Positions 10,958 through 24,000 of a DNA stretch of 64,000 nucleotides are shown one piece after another (the first letter of the stretch is position 1; the number at the start of each line of letters is the position of its first letter). The stretch is from Macrostomum hystrix. Taxonomy: Eukaryota > Animalia > Platyhelminthes. The DNA lies in NCBI GenBank assembly GCA_950097015.1, contig CATNEN010000009.1, positions 1,426,001 through 1,490,000 of the forward strand, read 5' to 3'. The notes beneath the pieces were generated by a model. The model did not search any database. It had not been told where the DNA came from and saw only the letters and a program-made list of their open reading frames with translations. The position numbers were made by a program, and so were the translations under genes.

Positions 10958-11955
10958 ACGTATTAATTTCCCGATTGACATTCACATTCACATTCACATT
11001 CAAACAAGAGTATTGTAACTTAAAAAATAACCATTCAATTACAGCGAAACTTACAAGATCTTCTGATGCAACTAAGATAACGTTCCAAAATAAATATAAT
11101 TTATTTTTGTCAATGCATAAAAGAATTACACAGCTTTGAAGTTTGTTCCTATCTCCGCAGTGTATATTCTTGTACTTTCAAAAAGTAACTTCTACTGCAT
11201 CAATCGCAATGAAAATTTACAAAACCTCTGATGCAATCGAGTTGCTTGGATGTGTAAAATTTCAGCCTGATTCATGAAAGCGTCTGCGGGTTATTTAATG
11301 TTAAAGTGTGTTTCGTATCTCCGTAGTGTATTTTTGGGAGCCAGCTTGACATTCGCAGGCAGACACTTCTACTGCATCAATCGCAATGAAAATTTACAAA
11401 ACCTCTGATGCAATGGAGATACGAACACACTTTAACATTGAATAACCCGCAGACGCTTTTCATGAATCAGTCTGAAATTTTACACATCCAATCAACTCGA
11501 TTGCATCAGAGGTTTTGTAAATTTTCATTGCGATTGAGGCAGTAGAAGTGTCTGCCTGCGAATGTCAAGCTGGCTCCCAAAAATACACTACGGAGATACG
11601 AACACACTTTAACATTGAATAACCCGCAGACGCTTTCATGAATCAGTCTGAAATTTTACACATCCAATCAACTCGATTGCATCAGAGGTTTTGTAAATTT
11701 TCACTGCGATTGATGCAGTAGAAGTTACTTTTTGAAAGTACAAGAATATACACTGCGGAGATAGGAACAAACTTCAAAGCAGAGTAATTCTTTTATGCAT
11801 TGACAAAAATAAATTATATTTATTTTGGAACGTTATCTTAATTGCATCAGAAGATCTTGTAAGTTTCGCTGTAATTGAATGGTTATTTTTTAAGTTACAA
11901 TACTCTTGTTTGAATGTGAATGTGAATGTGAATGTCAATCGGGAAATTAATACGT
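10958..11955. mobile_element. Foldback (Mutator/FB-like) palindromic element, 998 bp
   Basis: Termini ACGTATTAATTTCCCGATTGACATTCAC / reverse complement; ~457-bp inverted arms; 9-bp TSD GTGTTTTTA at 10949-10957 and 11956-11964; internal ~177-bp module. Confidence 0.9.
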
Positions 11956-13593
11956 GTGTTTTTAAAACCGAGCATTGGCTCTTCTAAGAAATTACGGAGA
12001 AGCATTAACTCAGAACAACAAATATTTTACAAATTTGTCACTTTTAGATATTCTTTTGCGACCCGTTCATACGATATTCCGTATAGGCCCCTACTAATTG
12101 CCTTTTGTCACTATCAGTGCAGCTGGCTTGGAGTTATGAATTTACGTTCGAGTAGCTTCGGGTGCGTTCGAGTAGCTTAAAATAGCTTAAAATGATTTAA
12201 ACTCCCTTGAAACTGCACCCCTACTGTCACTAATAACATTAAACATTTAAAATTAGAACTTTATTTTCGCTTCTTTTGCAATATAACTCCTACGTCAATA
12301 TATGTAAAAAAGAATGGCATTCATGGCTTCTTATGTCTAACCTTAAATAATGCTTTTTAACTAAATGAAATATATCGCGAGTTATGTCCTCATGTCGACT
12401 TTAACTGGGGCTGCAAAGCCGCTACATCACGCGAATTAAACTTTACAAATATGAAATTTGCTTTTGATTTTTTAAATGCACCTGCCGTCTACCATCTGGC
12501 CAATTTTTCACCACTCTGTTAAAGTCTAGATAGACGTTTTTAAGTCCTCCACCCACCATTCACATAGATGTATTTAAACTTTTTAATAGGCCTAGGCCCC
12601 CTAATATTGACTCTATTGAGGTATCTGGCAGCTTGGTTATATTATTATTGCTAGGTCTATTGAATTTCCTATGCCTCGGCTAAATCTAGCTGTCTGTCGT
12701 AGCCATTTCGGTATCGTCTACTTTTGATAGCCTAAGGCCTAACTGCATTTTTCTGATTTAGCAAGCTAAATGAAATTAAAAATCAATGAAGACAATAGCA
12801 ATAGCAACAATAACAACAACAATAACAATAACAATTTCCTAACAATAGCAAAAATAATACTCATTTCCATTAGCTATATTTGCTAAAGGACCTATGTTTT
12901 TTTTCCTTTTTAGGCCTACCTTTAGGCCTAACCTATGGCTATGGTATAAATTGCTTGAGTTGTGAATATCTAGTTTCATGTGAATAAGAGTTGACCTTAT
13001 TAATATATCTGTATTTTTTCAACTTGCTAGTGTCTTGATATTAAAGATATTTTATCCTATTTATAGTTTCAAGGCAAAAAATAGTTTTTGTTAGTTTTGA
13101 TTGCTCATAGCAGTCAATTCAATAAAGTAAAGTAGATTATCAATCTTGCACATTTCTGTTTAACTTTTCATCTATTCTTTACAACTATCTTTTAGCTATC
13201 TAGATATTAATATTCTTCAATGCTTTCATCTTTTTAACTATAATTCCTTTTACCTTTCTTCTTAAAGAAAGGTAAAGTACTATTAAAGTACTATTTACTT
13301 CTTAAAGTACTATTAGCACCTTAAATAATCATCTAACTCATCCCACTTTACTCAACCTCTTTCTACCTTCTTGCCATAGCAGCATTATATTTGTTTGACA
13401 GTGCTAGTAATATTAGTAGGCCTATACTTACTTTCCCACTAACCCTCCCACTATTTCAATGTCTTATTATATACTCATCCTATTCCTACCCCATGAACCA
13501 TACTCACCACTTTCCATCCCATCCACTATACTTGCTTTCTACCTACCCCATCAACTATCCACCATAGTTTGTATTCTTTCTACCCCTATCAAT

Positions 13594-13962
13594 GGGAGCT
13601 TGGCAGCAGAGTGGTTAGCATGTTTGTCTCTCGCACCACGGTCCCTAAGTTCAACTCCATGGCAAGGCCACATTTTTTTGGGGTACAGCCACAGAGAGAA
13701 AGCTTGAGGGCATGTCATGCAATTCACACCCTTGAGGGCCAACCTCCAAGGCACAGTGAAATGCACACTGCCTGACAATGAGAAAGTCAGGGCAGATATA
13801 CACATCTGTGTGAGCTTATGCCTGTGTACAGTATCTGTGTGCGTGTGTGCTCAGGAGTCAGCAAAATGTGCAGAATTGCCTCCTCGCTGGCTGCAGGTCT
13901 AGTGCCACTAAATGATGTGCCACTGCCCGCAGCCCTCCGGCAATTTATTATTATTATTATAA
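13594..13962 (+). mobile_element. tRNA-derived SINE, family A, near full length
   Basis: A-box-like TGGCAGCAGAGTGG (13601-13614), B box GTTCAACTC (13649-13657), body shared with 355..660, (ATT)n tail 13942-13962. Confidence 0.8.
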
Positions 13963-15037
13963 ATAATATTATTATACCCCATTAACTATACTTATCTTAC
14001 CCTATGCACTATACTTGCCTTCTTCCTACCCCATCAACCATACTCACCCATTTCTTACCACAGTCATCTTTACCCCACCAACACACCCAGTTTCCCCTCC
14101 CCTTCTTCTCCTCTCCATCTCCCCATCATCACCATACCTTTCTACCTTTATATTCCTTTATACTCCTTTACCTTTATACCTACCAATCCCACCATATTAT
14201 CCTCTCTCTTTATCTCATCTTTTCACAATCAACTAGCCCATTCACCCATTTTCATTGTGTCCTCGTCCCATCCTACACTCTTCAAAATTCCTGGCAGCAC
14301 TTTGACTTCATAATAAATTCTTACTGAAGATTTTAAGGGAAAAATATTGCAAGTTTCGAAGGTAGCAGTTCAGTCAACCACCTCGGTCATCCCAGTTCTA
14401 AATCTAATAGTTGAATTGCAGTGTCCTTTTTGCTATGAGGAATCTATGAAAATCGAGGTCTGCAAAGCGAGACGCGCAGGGGCAATGGGTTACTAATAGT
14501 AAGTAGGCCAGCGCTGCGGTCCCAGTCCAGGGCGGGGCGGCTGTGCAGTGGGGCAGGGCATCGGGTGTGCAGGTAGGGGCGGACAGTCAAGCGAGTCTTT
14601 GAGTTCTGGCAAATCGCTGCTTGAGCGCACAGTGCCCATTGCTGTTGGCCGTTTGCCTGTCGCCCTTTCCTCCTTTTCTTCCAGCCCTTCCCTTCCTCTG
14701 CCGCCATTTCCCATTCCCCGGTCCGCCCCGCCCCGCGCCCATTCGGATTCTATTTCTACCTCGCATTTCTCCCTTCCTCTCTCTCGCTCTCTGGCTTCCT
14801 CGGCCTCCCCGCCCGAAGCTTTTTATTCCCCGATCGGCCCCGCTGCTCCCCGACTCCGCCCTGACCTCCTCCGCCACTATCTACTCCCACCTTTCCGCCT
14901 GCTCACTGCCCCTACTTGTTAGTCGATTCTGCAGCCGCTTCTGTCCCGCAGCTCCGGCCACCTCGGTGACGCGGGGGGCATCTTCAGCAGGCATCAGCGC
15001 CCACCCGCCATTCACTGACATTGATGCGGAACTTTAG

Positions 15038-18000
15038 GCAGCTCTGAATTACCCGGACTCCGCCAAGCTGGACAGCTCCCGCAGCCGATCATTTCCCGTG
15101 TTGCCCTTGGCAACCGGCGGCGCCCAGGCCGACGAGCCGCCGCGCCATCGGCACCATCACAACCACGCTGGACCGTCCGGCTCAAAGTCCAAGGACGATG
15201 GCGGCCTCAGTTCGCCGTCATCCGGCGGCCCGGCATCGTCTTCGTTCGGCGGCGCCAGCAGCCTGGAAGGCGTGGACAAGGAGCTGGTCCGCTGCCTCAG
15301 CGAGCTGGAGAGCGGCGCCCCCGAGGAGAAGCTGGAGTTCGTGTTCCGCCTGTTCGACACTGACGGCAACGGCTATCTGGACGCCAGCGAGGTGGACGCC
15401 ATCATCAGCCAGATGATGAAGGTTACGGAGTACCTGGGCTGGGATACCACGGAACTACTGCCGGTGAGTTGATGTCCCAGCTGGTTTGAGGAGTCTTTGG
15501 GTCTATGCTCCTATACTCCTATAATCCCATTCAGGTATTTTCAAGCATTGCATGCTATTTAATCTTATGTTACCTTTAGTAAAGCTTTAGCCTTACTTTT
15601 TTCTTGCAGGTTCATTTTAACCATGCTTGTTTGTCCCCTCTAGTTGCTGTAATACGCTCTCCGGGTTGCGCTCCATGTGACTATCCCAGATCCCCGGATT
15701 AGCAATGTGACTATCCCAGATCCCCGGATTAACACTGAAACCATCCCAGATCCCCAGATTAACACTGAAGCCATCCCAGATCCCCAGATTAACACTGAAG
15801 CCATCCCAGATCCCCAGATTAACACTGAAATCATCCCAAATCCCCAGATTAACAATGTGACTATCCCAGATCAACGGATTAACAATGTGAGAATCCCAGA
15901 TCCCCGGATTAGCAATGTGACTATCCCAGATCCTCGGATTAACACTGAAACCATCCCAGATCCCCAGATTAACACTGAAACCATCCCAGATCCCCGGATT
16001 AACACTGAAACCATCCCAGATCCCCAGATTAACACTGAAGCCATCCCAGATCCCCAGATTAACACTGAAGCCATCCCAGATCCCCAGATTAACACTGAAA
16101 TTATCATCCCAAATCCCCAGATTAACAATGTGACTATCCCAGATCAACGGATTAACAATGTGAGAATCCCAGATCCCCGGATTAACATTGAAACTATCCC
16201 AAATCCCCAGATTAACACTGAAATCATCCCAGATCCCAGATTAACATTGAAACCATACCAGATCCCCATATTAACACTGAAACCATCCCAAATCCCCAGA
16301 TTAACACTGAAACCATCCGAAATCCCCAGATTAACACTGAAACTATCCCAGATTAACACTGAAACTATCCCAGATTAACACTGAAACTATCCCAGATTAA
16401 CACTGAAACTATCCCAGATTAACACTGAAACTATCCCAGATTAACACTGAAACTATCCTAGATAAACACTGAAACTATCCCAGATAAACACTGAAACCAT
16501 CCCAAATCCCCAGATTAACACTGAAACCATCCCAAATCCCCAGATTAACACTGAAACCATCCCCGATTCCAGGATTAACACTGAAACCATCCCAGATCCC
16601 AGATTAACACTGAAACCATCCGAAATCCCCAGATTAACACTGAAACTATCCCAGATTAACATTGAAACTATCCCAGATCTATCTAATCATGACTTAATCA
16701 TTCGGAGACAGTTACCACTCGTGCTGTAAGTTTTCTGTTGCTCTTTTCAATTCCTACTATTCCTACTAATTGCTCTCCTGATTTTTCCGTGCCTTACTAA
16801 TTGCTTCAGTTGCTAGGCAACGGCAAAGTTTCGCCTTAATGATCTGCTTATTCATTTTCGCCACTTTCAGCCGTGGCGCAGAGCTCTGGCCTTTGGTAAC
16901 TTTCTGCATTTCCAGCATGCTTATTCATTCATTCTCTATTTTAAATGCGTTGAATGCACTTTCGTTGGCTGAGGATCGCAGCTCAAAAATGGGTCTCAAT
17001 CAGTGTTTACTGCTCTTATTGCATTGTTATCAGTGTACTGAAAGATTAACAGATGATTTCTGCTGGCTGAATTCTAGACTGTCAGTGTGGCATTATCTGT
17101 GGTCACTCTAGCCTACAGCCTGTTCATTGCTTGTCACCGAAATGAGCCGCATCGAGCTAATAGACAAAACCCGGCCTGTCTAATGCCGCTGTTTTTAATG
17201 CTTCCAGTTGATGCCACGTCTGTGCAACTTGCAACCCGTGTCTTCAGGAGTGGCGACTCCTTTTCCCCCGTGTCTTCAGGAGTGGCGACTCCTTTTCCCC
17301 CGTGTCTTCAGGAGTGGCGACTCCTTTTCCCCCGTGTCTTCAGGAGTGGCGACTCCTTTTCCCCCGTGTCTTCAGGAGTGGCGACTCTCTTCCCCCGTGT
17401 CTTCAGGAGTGGCGACTCCTTTTCCCCCGTGTCTTCAGGAGTGGCAACTCCTTTTCCACGTGTCTTCAGGAGTGGCGACTCTCTTCCCCCGTGTCTTCAG
17501 GAGTGGCGACTCTCTTCCCCCCGTGTCTTCAGGAGTGGCGACTCCTTTTCCCCCGTGTCTTCAGGAGTGGCGACTCTCTTCCCCCGTGTCTTCAGGAGTG
17601 GCGACTCCTTTTCCCCCGTGTCTTCAGGAGTGGCGACTCCTTTTCCCCCGTGTCTTCAGGAGTGGCGACTCCTTTTCCCCCGTGTCTTCAGGAGTGGCGA
17701 CTCCTTTTCCCCCGTGTCTTCAGGAGTGGCGACTCCTTTTCCCCCGTGTCTTCAGGAGTGGCGACTCCTTTTCCCCCGTGTCTTCAGGAGTGGCGACTCC
17801 TTTTCCCCCGTGTCTTCAGGAGTGGCGACTCCTTTTCCCCGTGTCTTCAGGAGTGGCGACTCCTTTTCCCCCGTGTCTTCAGGAGTGGCGACTCCTTTTC
17901 CCCCGTGTCTTCAGGAGTGGCGACTCCTTTTCCCCCGTGTCTTCAGGAGTGGCGACTCCTTTTCCCCCGTGTCTTCAGGAGTGGCGACTCCTTTTCCCCC

Positions 18001-21000
18001 GTGTCTTCAGGAGTGGCGACTCCTTTTCCCCCGTGTCTTCAGGAGTGGCGACTCCTTTTCCCCCGTGTCTTCAGGAGTGGCGACTCCTTTTCCCCCGTGT
18101 CTTCAGGAGTGGCGACTCCTTTTCCCCCGTGTCTTCAGGAGTGGCGACTCCTTTTCCCCCCGTGTCTTCAGGAGTGGCGACTCCTTTTCCCCCGTGTCTT
18201 CAGGAGTGGCGACTCCTTTTCCCCCGTGTCTTCAGGAGTGGCGACTCCTTTTCCCCCGTGTCTTCAGGAGTGGCGACTCCTTTTCCCCCGTGTCTTCAGG
18301 AGTGGCGACTCCTTTTCCCCCGTGTCTTCAGGAGTGGCGACTCCTTTTCCCCCGTGTCTTCAGGAGTGGCGACTCCTTTTCCCCCGTGTCTTCAGGAGTG
18401 GCAACTCCTTTTCCACGTGTCTTCAGGAGTGGCGACTCCTTTTCCCCGTGTCTTCAGGAGTGGCGACTCCTTTTCCCCCGTGTCTTCAGGAGTGGCGACT
18501 CCTTTTCCCCCGTGTCTTCAGGAGTCGCCACTTTCTTCACCCGTGTCTTCAGGAGTCGCCACTTTCTTCACCCGTGTCTTCAGGAGTCGCCACTTTCTTC
18601 CCCCGTGTCTTCAGGAGTCGCTTTTTGTCCGAATGATTTTCGCAGGCTCCGCTAAGTGCATCTCCTGAGCCTGCGTCTCTATAGCATGTGCCTCGTCACA
18701 TTTATCTGACTTTTGTCGCCGATTGATTCTTGGTTGGCTCGGCTGAAGGCTTGTCTTGCAGCAGTGCTGCACCTGTCAGCTGGCACTGCCTGAGTCGGTC
18801 TGCTTCCAATGTCGCACCCACAGATCCTGAAGTCCATGATGACCGACCTGGATTTCGACGCTGACGGCACCGTCAGCTTGGACGAATGGAAGCGCGGCGG
18901 CCTGACGACCATTCCGCTGCTGGTGTTGCTCGGCCTGGACACCACCGTCAAGGACGACGGCAGCCACGTGTGGCGATTGAAGCACTTCGCCAAGGGCCGG
19001 CACTGCAACATCTGTATGAAGCAGCTGGTTGGCCTAGGCAAACAGGGCCTCGGCTGCGTGTTCTGCAAGTACACGGTTCACGCCAAGTGCGTCAGCCGGG
19101 CCCCTGCCTCCTGCATCTTCACCTACACCAAGTCTAAGCGGCCGGCGCCCGGCTCCCAACAGGTCATGCAGCACCACTGGACTGAGGGCAACTGCGTGGA
19201 CAAGTGCTTCAAGTGTCGCAAGTCCATTAAGTCCGGCATCACTGGTGAGTAGTGGGATTTGATCACTGAGCCCTAGGAATCGTCTATGACCCAAAGGGAT
19301 TGCCACTGATCCCAAGGGATTGTCGCTGATCCCAATAGATTGTCGCTGATCCCAAGGGATTGTCACTGATCCCAATGGATTGTCACTGATCCCAAGGGAT
19401 TGTCACCGATCCCAATGGATTGTCACCGATCCCAATGGATTGTCACCGATCCCAATGGATTGTCACTGATCCCAAGGGATTGTCACCGATCCCAATGGAT
19501 TGTCACTGATCCCAATAGATTGTCGCTGATCCCAAGGGATTGTCACTGATCCCAATGGATTGTCACTGATCCCAAGGGATTGTCACTGATCCCAATGGAT
19601 TGCCACTGATCCCAAGGGATAGTCATTTGATCCGAATGGATTGTCAATGATCCCAATGGATTGTCACCGATCCCAATGGATTGTCACTGATCCCAATGGA
19701 TTGCCACTGATCCCAAGGGATTGTCGCTGATCCCAATAGATTGTCGCTGATCCCAAGGGATTGTCACTGATCCCAATGGATTGCCACTGATCCCAAGGGA
19801 TTGTCACCGATCCCAATGGATTGTCACCGATCCCAATGGATTGTCACTGATCCCAATGGATTGCCACTGATCCCAAGGGATTGTCACCGATCCCAATGGA
19901 TTGTCACCGATCCCAATGGATTGTCGCCGATCCCAATGGATTGTCACCGATCCCAATGGATTGTCGCTAATCCCAATGGATTGTCACTGATCCTAATGGA
20001 TTGTCACCGATCCCAATGGATTGTCACTGATCCCAAGGGATTGTCACTGATCCCAATGGATTGCCACTGATCCCAAGGGATAGTCATTTGATCCGAATGG
20101 ATTGTCAATGATCCCAATGGATTGTCACCGATCCCAATGGATTGTCACTGATCCTAATGGATTGTCACCGATCCCAATAGATTGCCACCGATCCCAATGG
20201 ATTGTCGCTGATCCCAATGGATTGTCACTGATCCTAATGGATTGTCACCGATCCCAATGGATTGTCACCGATCCCAATGGATTGTCACCGATCCCAATGG
20301 ATTGTCACCGATCCCAATGGATTGTCACCGATCCCAATGGATTGTCACTGATCCCAATGGATTGCCACCGATCCCAATGGATTGTCGCTGATCCCAATGG
20401 ATTGTCACTGATCCTAATGGATTGTCACCGATCCCAATGGATTGTCACAGACTCCAAGGATTCGCAATAATCCAAAGGGATATCGATAATTTAGCCTCTC
20501 TAATTCGAACTAAAAATTTTGAATTTTATATATTCGGTTAATATTTTATCTGCTCATGTTTATCATTTGTGTTGGAGTTCAGTTTACCGCTAATCTTATG
20601 TTGCAACGCCGCGGATTCTAAGCCACGACCTGTGAGGCTTATGCCCCGCGTCCCATTATTAGGCATGCAGTGCCGCTGGTGCAAGATCAGCTTGCACAAC
20701 AAGTGCGCCGAGCAATGGACCAGCGAGTGCGACCTAGGCGCCCTGCGCGAACACATCCTGCCTCCGACGGCCATCTTTCCCGCCGTGCTGGACCGAGGCA
20801 GGCCCGCAGCCGCCGCCTCGTCATCGGCCTCCGGCAGTGTCACGGGCAGCGGCGGTCTGCCCAGCAGCCAATCAGCGGGCTCGCAGCTGGACCAGCTGGC
20901 CTGCTCGCCTCATCAGCAGTCGTCCAGCTTCCAGATCGTGCCGCCGCCTGGCTGCGTGCCGCTGCTGGTGTTCATCAACCCGAAATCTGGCGGCAAGCAG

Positions 21001-24000
21001 GGGGTTAGAATCCTGCACAAGATGCAGTACCTGTTGAACCCGCGCCAGGTCTACGATCTGGTGAAGGACGGCGGGCCGTACATTGGCTTGAACTTCTTTC
21101 GGGAGCTGCCGCAGTTCCGCATCCTTGTCTGCGGCGGCGACGGCACGGCCGGCTGGCTGCTGGAGGCCATGGACAAGTTCGACTGGGGCGACAACCGGCC
21201 ACCCGTGGCCGTCTTGCCCCTCGGCACCGGCAACGACCTCGCCCGCTGCCTGCGCTGGGGCGGCGGCTACGAGAACGAGCGGCTGGAGAAGATCCTGCAC
21301 CGCATCGGCCAGGGCAGCGTGGCCATGCTGGACCGCTGGAAGATCAACTTCTCCGAGCCGGCGCCCGAGAACAACGGCGCCGACGGCGACCCCAGCGAGG
21401 CCGGCGGCGGCTTCGGAGGCAGCGGCGCAGAGGACAACGGCGAGCCGGCAGCCCATGACGAGATCCCGGCCACCATCATCAACAACTACTTCAGCATAGG
21501 TGTGGACGCCGCCATCGCGCACCGCTGGCACCTGCTGCGCGAGAAGCACCCGGAGAAGTTCAAGTCCCGCTTCCGGAACAAGGCCTACTATGTGGAGATG
21601 GGCGCCACAGAGGTTAGCCGCTTGAGACTTGCAATTCACAATGTCCTTGTGTGTCAGTGACATTGTCCCACAGCCTCAGTGTGTGAGTGACATTGTCCCA
21701 CAGCCTCAGTGTGTCAGTGACATTGTCCCACAGCCTCAGTGTGTCAGTGACATTGTCCCACAGCCTCAGTGTGTGAGTGACATTGTCCCACAGCCTCAGT
21801 GTGTCAGTGACATTGTCCCACAGCCTCAGTGTGTCAGTGACATTGTCCCACAGCCTCAGTGGGTGACTGACATTGTCCCACAGCCTCAGTGTGTGAGTGA
21901 CATTGTCCCACAGCCTCAGTGTGTGAGTGACATTGTCCCACAGCCTCAGTGTGTCAGTGACATTGTCCCACAGCCTCAGTGTGTCAGTGACATTGTCCCA
22001 CAGCCTCAGTGTGTGAGTGACATTGTCCCACAGCCTCAGTGTGTGAGTGACATTGTCCCACAGCCTCAGTGTGTCAGTGACATTGTCCCACAGCCTCAGT
22101 GGGTGACTGACATTGTCCCACAGCCTCAGTGTGTGAGTGACATTGTCCCACAGCCTCAGTGTGTCAGTGACATTGTCCCCCAGCCTCAGTGTGTCAGTGA
22201 CATTGTCCCACAGCCTCAGTGTGTGAGTGACAATCCACAGCCTCAGTGTGTGAGTGACATTGTCCCACAGCCTCAGTGGGTGAGTGACATTGTCCCACAG
22301 CCTCAGTGTGTCGGTGATCCGTGATCACGCATGAGTCTGCTCAAGGTGCTCACTTCACTCCGTTATTAATTAGTCGCAGCGCATCTCAAATCAGAGAATA
22401 GAAAACGCTGCTCTTGCTGTCTGAGCTGGCAGCGTCTGCAGCCCCATCTCGCTGATTAATCTTCTGCCACCTAATTGCAATTCCATCAGCGCAGTCAAGA
22501 GCCCCACTTATCGTTGTCCACAATGGAACAATGAGCTTGGTGGCGCCGATGTCTGGCTGTTTATGGCTGCAGTGCGGCTGCCAGCTGCTGTTTTTGTCTT
22601 TCTGATTCGCCGCCATCGCCAAAAATAGCGGCTCGCCGTACTATGAATAGCCCCCTAGCCCGCCAGCTGCTATTTTTGTGCCAACCTAACCCTCCACCCT
22701 CATCCCTTCCCCTGAGTGCCACTGGAGTCTGGATCCGGCAGGGATCATTTAGAAATGCGGATCCAACGGGGCTGGGATAGATTGTCCCCGAAGACCTCCC
22801 TGCCTGCTGCTGCTGCTGCTGCTGCGCATTTGTGAATTGCTGCAGACAGAGGCCGAGTTAGCGGCAGCTCGCATAGCTAATTTCTAGCCCGAGAAGGACT
22901 TTTCCCCTCCTCTCTCTCTCTGCCCGATGAACAGCGCAGCAGCTCGGCCATTTCCACTGTCTGCACCTTCGCCACAGCCCAGTCGGTGTCCTTCGGCCGG
23001 GTCAGGGCGGTCGGGGCGGCCCTCCCTTCCTCCCGCTCGGCAGTTTTTGTTTCGCTGCGCCATTCGGCCTCCTCCAGCAGCTCCAGTTGCCCGAATGCCA
23101 GGACTAAATTGGATGCGTCCCGAATCGGGTCCAGCCGGCGCGCAGTTGATCTCCCCTCCCTGTAAATTTGCCCCCATTTTGTAACGGCCTGCAGCCAGGC
23201 GCCTGTGTTGCCCCCCCCCCTAAGTGCGCAGTCTTTCAGGGCTTGTTATAGAGGCCGGGCAGTCTTATTAGTTTTTTGTCTAACGTCCAACCGGCCATAA
23301 AATGCATTTTTTGCTGCTTCTGCGACTTTTTCTAAGTCAACGCAGATTCAAATTTCGCCAGATCCCGTCTTTGGTGTCATGGAATTCTCCTAAATCCTCA
23401 TACAATCCTTGTACTGCGGACTTTCTCTGTGATTCGTCGTTTTGGCTGCAGCCGCTCTCCCAGATCCTCATTGTATTGCGGGCATTTTCCCAGATCCTCA
23501 GTATGTACCTGACATTCTCCCAGATCCTCAGTATGTACCTGACATTCTCCCAGATCCTCAGTATGTACCTGACATTCTCCCAGATCCTCAGTATGTACCT
23601 GACATTCTCCCAGATCCTCAGTATGTACCTGACATTCTCCCAGATCCTCAGTATGTACCTGACATTCTCCCAGATCCTCAGTATGTACCTGACATTCTCC
23701 CAGATCCTCAGTATGTAAATGGAATTCTCCCAGATCCTCACAATGTACATGACATTCTCCTTTATGCACTTAAAGCTGTCACTTATTTTCCCACGTTTTG
23801 TTTCGCCTCGCCCTCACTTCGCCGTCGCCCTCCGCCCTCCTTCACTTGTCACAGATGCTCGGCGGGTCCTGCAAGAATCTGCACGAGAGCCTCGACATCA
23901 TCTGCGATGGCTACGCGCTGGACTTGGGCTCCGGCACACCGCTGGAGGGCATGGCCCTGCTCAACATCAACTCGGTGTACGGCGGCCGCACCCTTTGGGA

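Noticed and set aside
17236-18620. CRISPR-like 32-bp palindromic repeats
   Set aside because: Units are head-to-tail with no unique spacers, there are no cas genes, and the array lies in a eukaryotic intron.
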